Below, one piece after another: positions 62,248 through 64,000 of a stretch of 64,000 nt of DNA. The DNA comes from Eledone cirrhosa (lineage: Eukaryota). A model generated the notes under the pieces. It saw nothing but the letters and a program-made list of their open reading frames with translations, was not told the DNA's origin and ran no database searches. Position 1 is the first letter of the stretch. Each line of letters opens with the position of its first letter. The stretch is from the NCBI GenBank assembly GCA_964016885.1, contig OZ024740.1, positions 139,066,001 to 139,130,000 of the forward strand, given 5' to 3'. The translations under genes were made by a program, and so were the position numbers.

Positions 62248-62248
<1 letters not shown>

Positions 62249-62322
<74 letters not shown>
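62249..62322. repeat. (CA)n microsatellite
   Basis: About 37 uninterrupted CA units. Confidence 0.95.
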
Positions 62323-62333
<11 letters not shown>

Positions 62334-63176
62334 TATATATATCTTAAGCACCTTTAAAATGATCCTATTATTTAATGAGTTTTTCTTTAACAATTTAAAT
62401 TTTTTTAAATGATCTTCCTTAAATTTAGTATTTTTACCATTTGATATTCTTTTCCTAATGATACTCTTCTTAGTCTATTTTTTAGATGTAGAATGATACT
62501 CTTTAATTGACATTCTGAATGATATCCTCTTTGCGATAGTTCTTCGAAATGCATTCTTGACTTATCTAATAATTAATAATACATTTTTTCCTCTCTTTAA
62601 TCTTCAAACTTTTCACACATCTTTCGTCGTAAATAATATGCAATTGAAAATTCTCATCCTTGAGAAATATATACTATAAAATACCTAATAATCTCACACA
62701 AAATAATATATAATTTTCTCTACATACTTTCTAAATAAATCATTCATCAAATTTAATGATTAGCAAATAATATTGGAGTTATCTTTTCCTTTACAATTGA
62801 GCAAACATAGTCATGATAACTTGTATGATAAATTATATAATTTCGCTAAATTAACAATGTTCTGAAAACATTTTCAATGTTGGAACAAAACATTTAAATC
62901 TACAAATTGTTCTTCTCTTACAACTTGAACTACGTCTTTTTCTTAAATATTTATCTAAAATATTTATGTAAGATCTAAAATCAACATCCTTCGTAACTCA
63001 TATTAGAAATATAAACAATTAATACGTGTGGTTTATTTCTATAAAATCACCAATAATATGTTATACTTGCTCAATTATTAATCTATATAGATATTTATAT
63101 ACTTACAACCTGTTGCAATGTAATAAGATAAAATGTACTTACAACCATAATTCTTCATTTAATCTAATTGATTATA

Positions 63177-63836
63177 TCTATATATATAAAGCTGTGGTTG
63201 TCTGTCTGTCTATCTATTTTTGGCACACATCTCCTCTTAGAATCTCTGACGGAATTGCACCGAAATTGCTATACTTGTACATTGAGCCCTAGCGAAGACA
63301 TCGGAAAAAAAATATTTTAAATTGACCCACCCTATGTGACGAAATCGAATCTAATGTATCGATTTTTGAGCGTAAGTGACGAGTTATTTCCCTTTGTTCT
63401 GTTTACATTGAGCGTCTTACGTTCTGTTTACATTTTCTGCGTGCAAAAATTAAAAAAATTACGCTGGCTTTCTCAGCGTTTAAAATGACATTAACACAAT
63501 ACACGAACAGTTGTCGAGCCAGCAAAATTTTGACCTGCAAAATTCATCAGTTCGAACACTAAGCTTCCGTTTTGCTTCATTTCCATTTAAAAGCCCTTTA
63601 AAACAATATTTTTACTTGAAAACAAGTCTATTTAAAGACTACGTAAAACAAGCAAATATTTCGTAAAAAAAAGCAAAAATTATATAAGTTTATTTAAAAT
63701 ATATGTATCTGTAAATTTCGTTAGGCGTGCAGACAGACAGTCGTGCAGACAGACTTTAAGCCCAAAAAGAAACTTAACATTGTAACTTTAACACAGCTAC
63801 TGAGCGACCCCGAGCAACGCCGGGCTTTACTGCTAG
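63177..63836 (+). mobile_element. Non-autonomous Helitron (660 bp)
   Basis: 5' A|TCTATATATATAAA followed by a short (GTCT)n. 3' hairpin CCCGAGCAACGCCGGG ends 8 nt before the terminal CTAG|T. Inserted between A and T with no TSD. Confidence 0.8.
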
Positions 63837-64000
63837 TATACAATATTGTAACTCATACTATAGCTAAATAATTTTTTAAATTCTGGAATCATATTCCACC
63901 GTTCCTACAAACTGTTAATTCTTTTTAAATTCATGTAAATACAAGCCTTTCTTTCTTTCTCTTTCTTCTTCCTACACATACATATATATATATCCTAATA

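Noticed and set aside
55635-63292. Short ORFs with CVCV or YIYI runs and other AT-rich ORFs under 95 aa
   Set aside because: Microsatellite translations or chance ORFs with no protein motifs.

Overview
AT-rich, repeat-dominated animal DNA with no recognisable host gene. The SINE families suggest a cephalopod, probably Octopus (inference). About 60% of the window is one (GTT/AAC)-derived 63-bp satellite in two arrays (11762-15363 and 15761-50265). It has kb-scale higher-order duplications and only triplet indels, which produces ~11,600-codon ORFs on both strands that are most likely non-coding. The flanks hold a decayed Chapaev3-like DNA transposon, a 17-bp minisatellite, a Tc1/mariner MITE, an internally deleted Ty3/Gypsy element with both LTRs and a 5-bp TSD, and many tRNA-derived SINEs. 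They also hold four pieces of one L1/Tx1-type LINE lineage, one with an uninterrupted ~950-codon ORF2, and a non-autonomous Helitron. The least expected signal is at 58.6-61.1 kb: four type I hammerhead ribozyme motifs from three unrelated sequence families, each near a (TA)n tract. Two of them lie in an interleaved A-B-A'-B' inverted-repeat cassette, which points to Penelope-like or retrozyme-type elements. All alignments and folds were done by eye.
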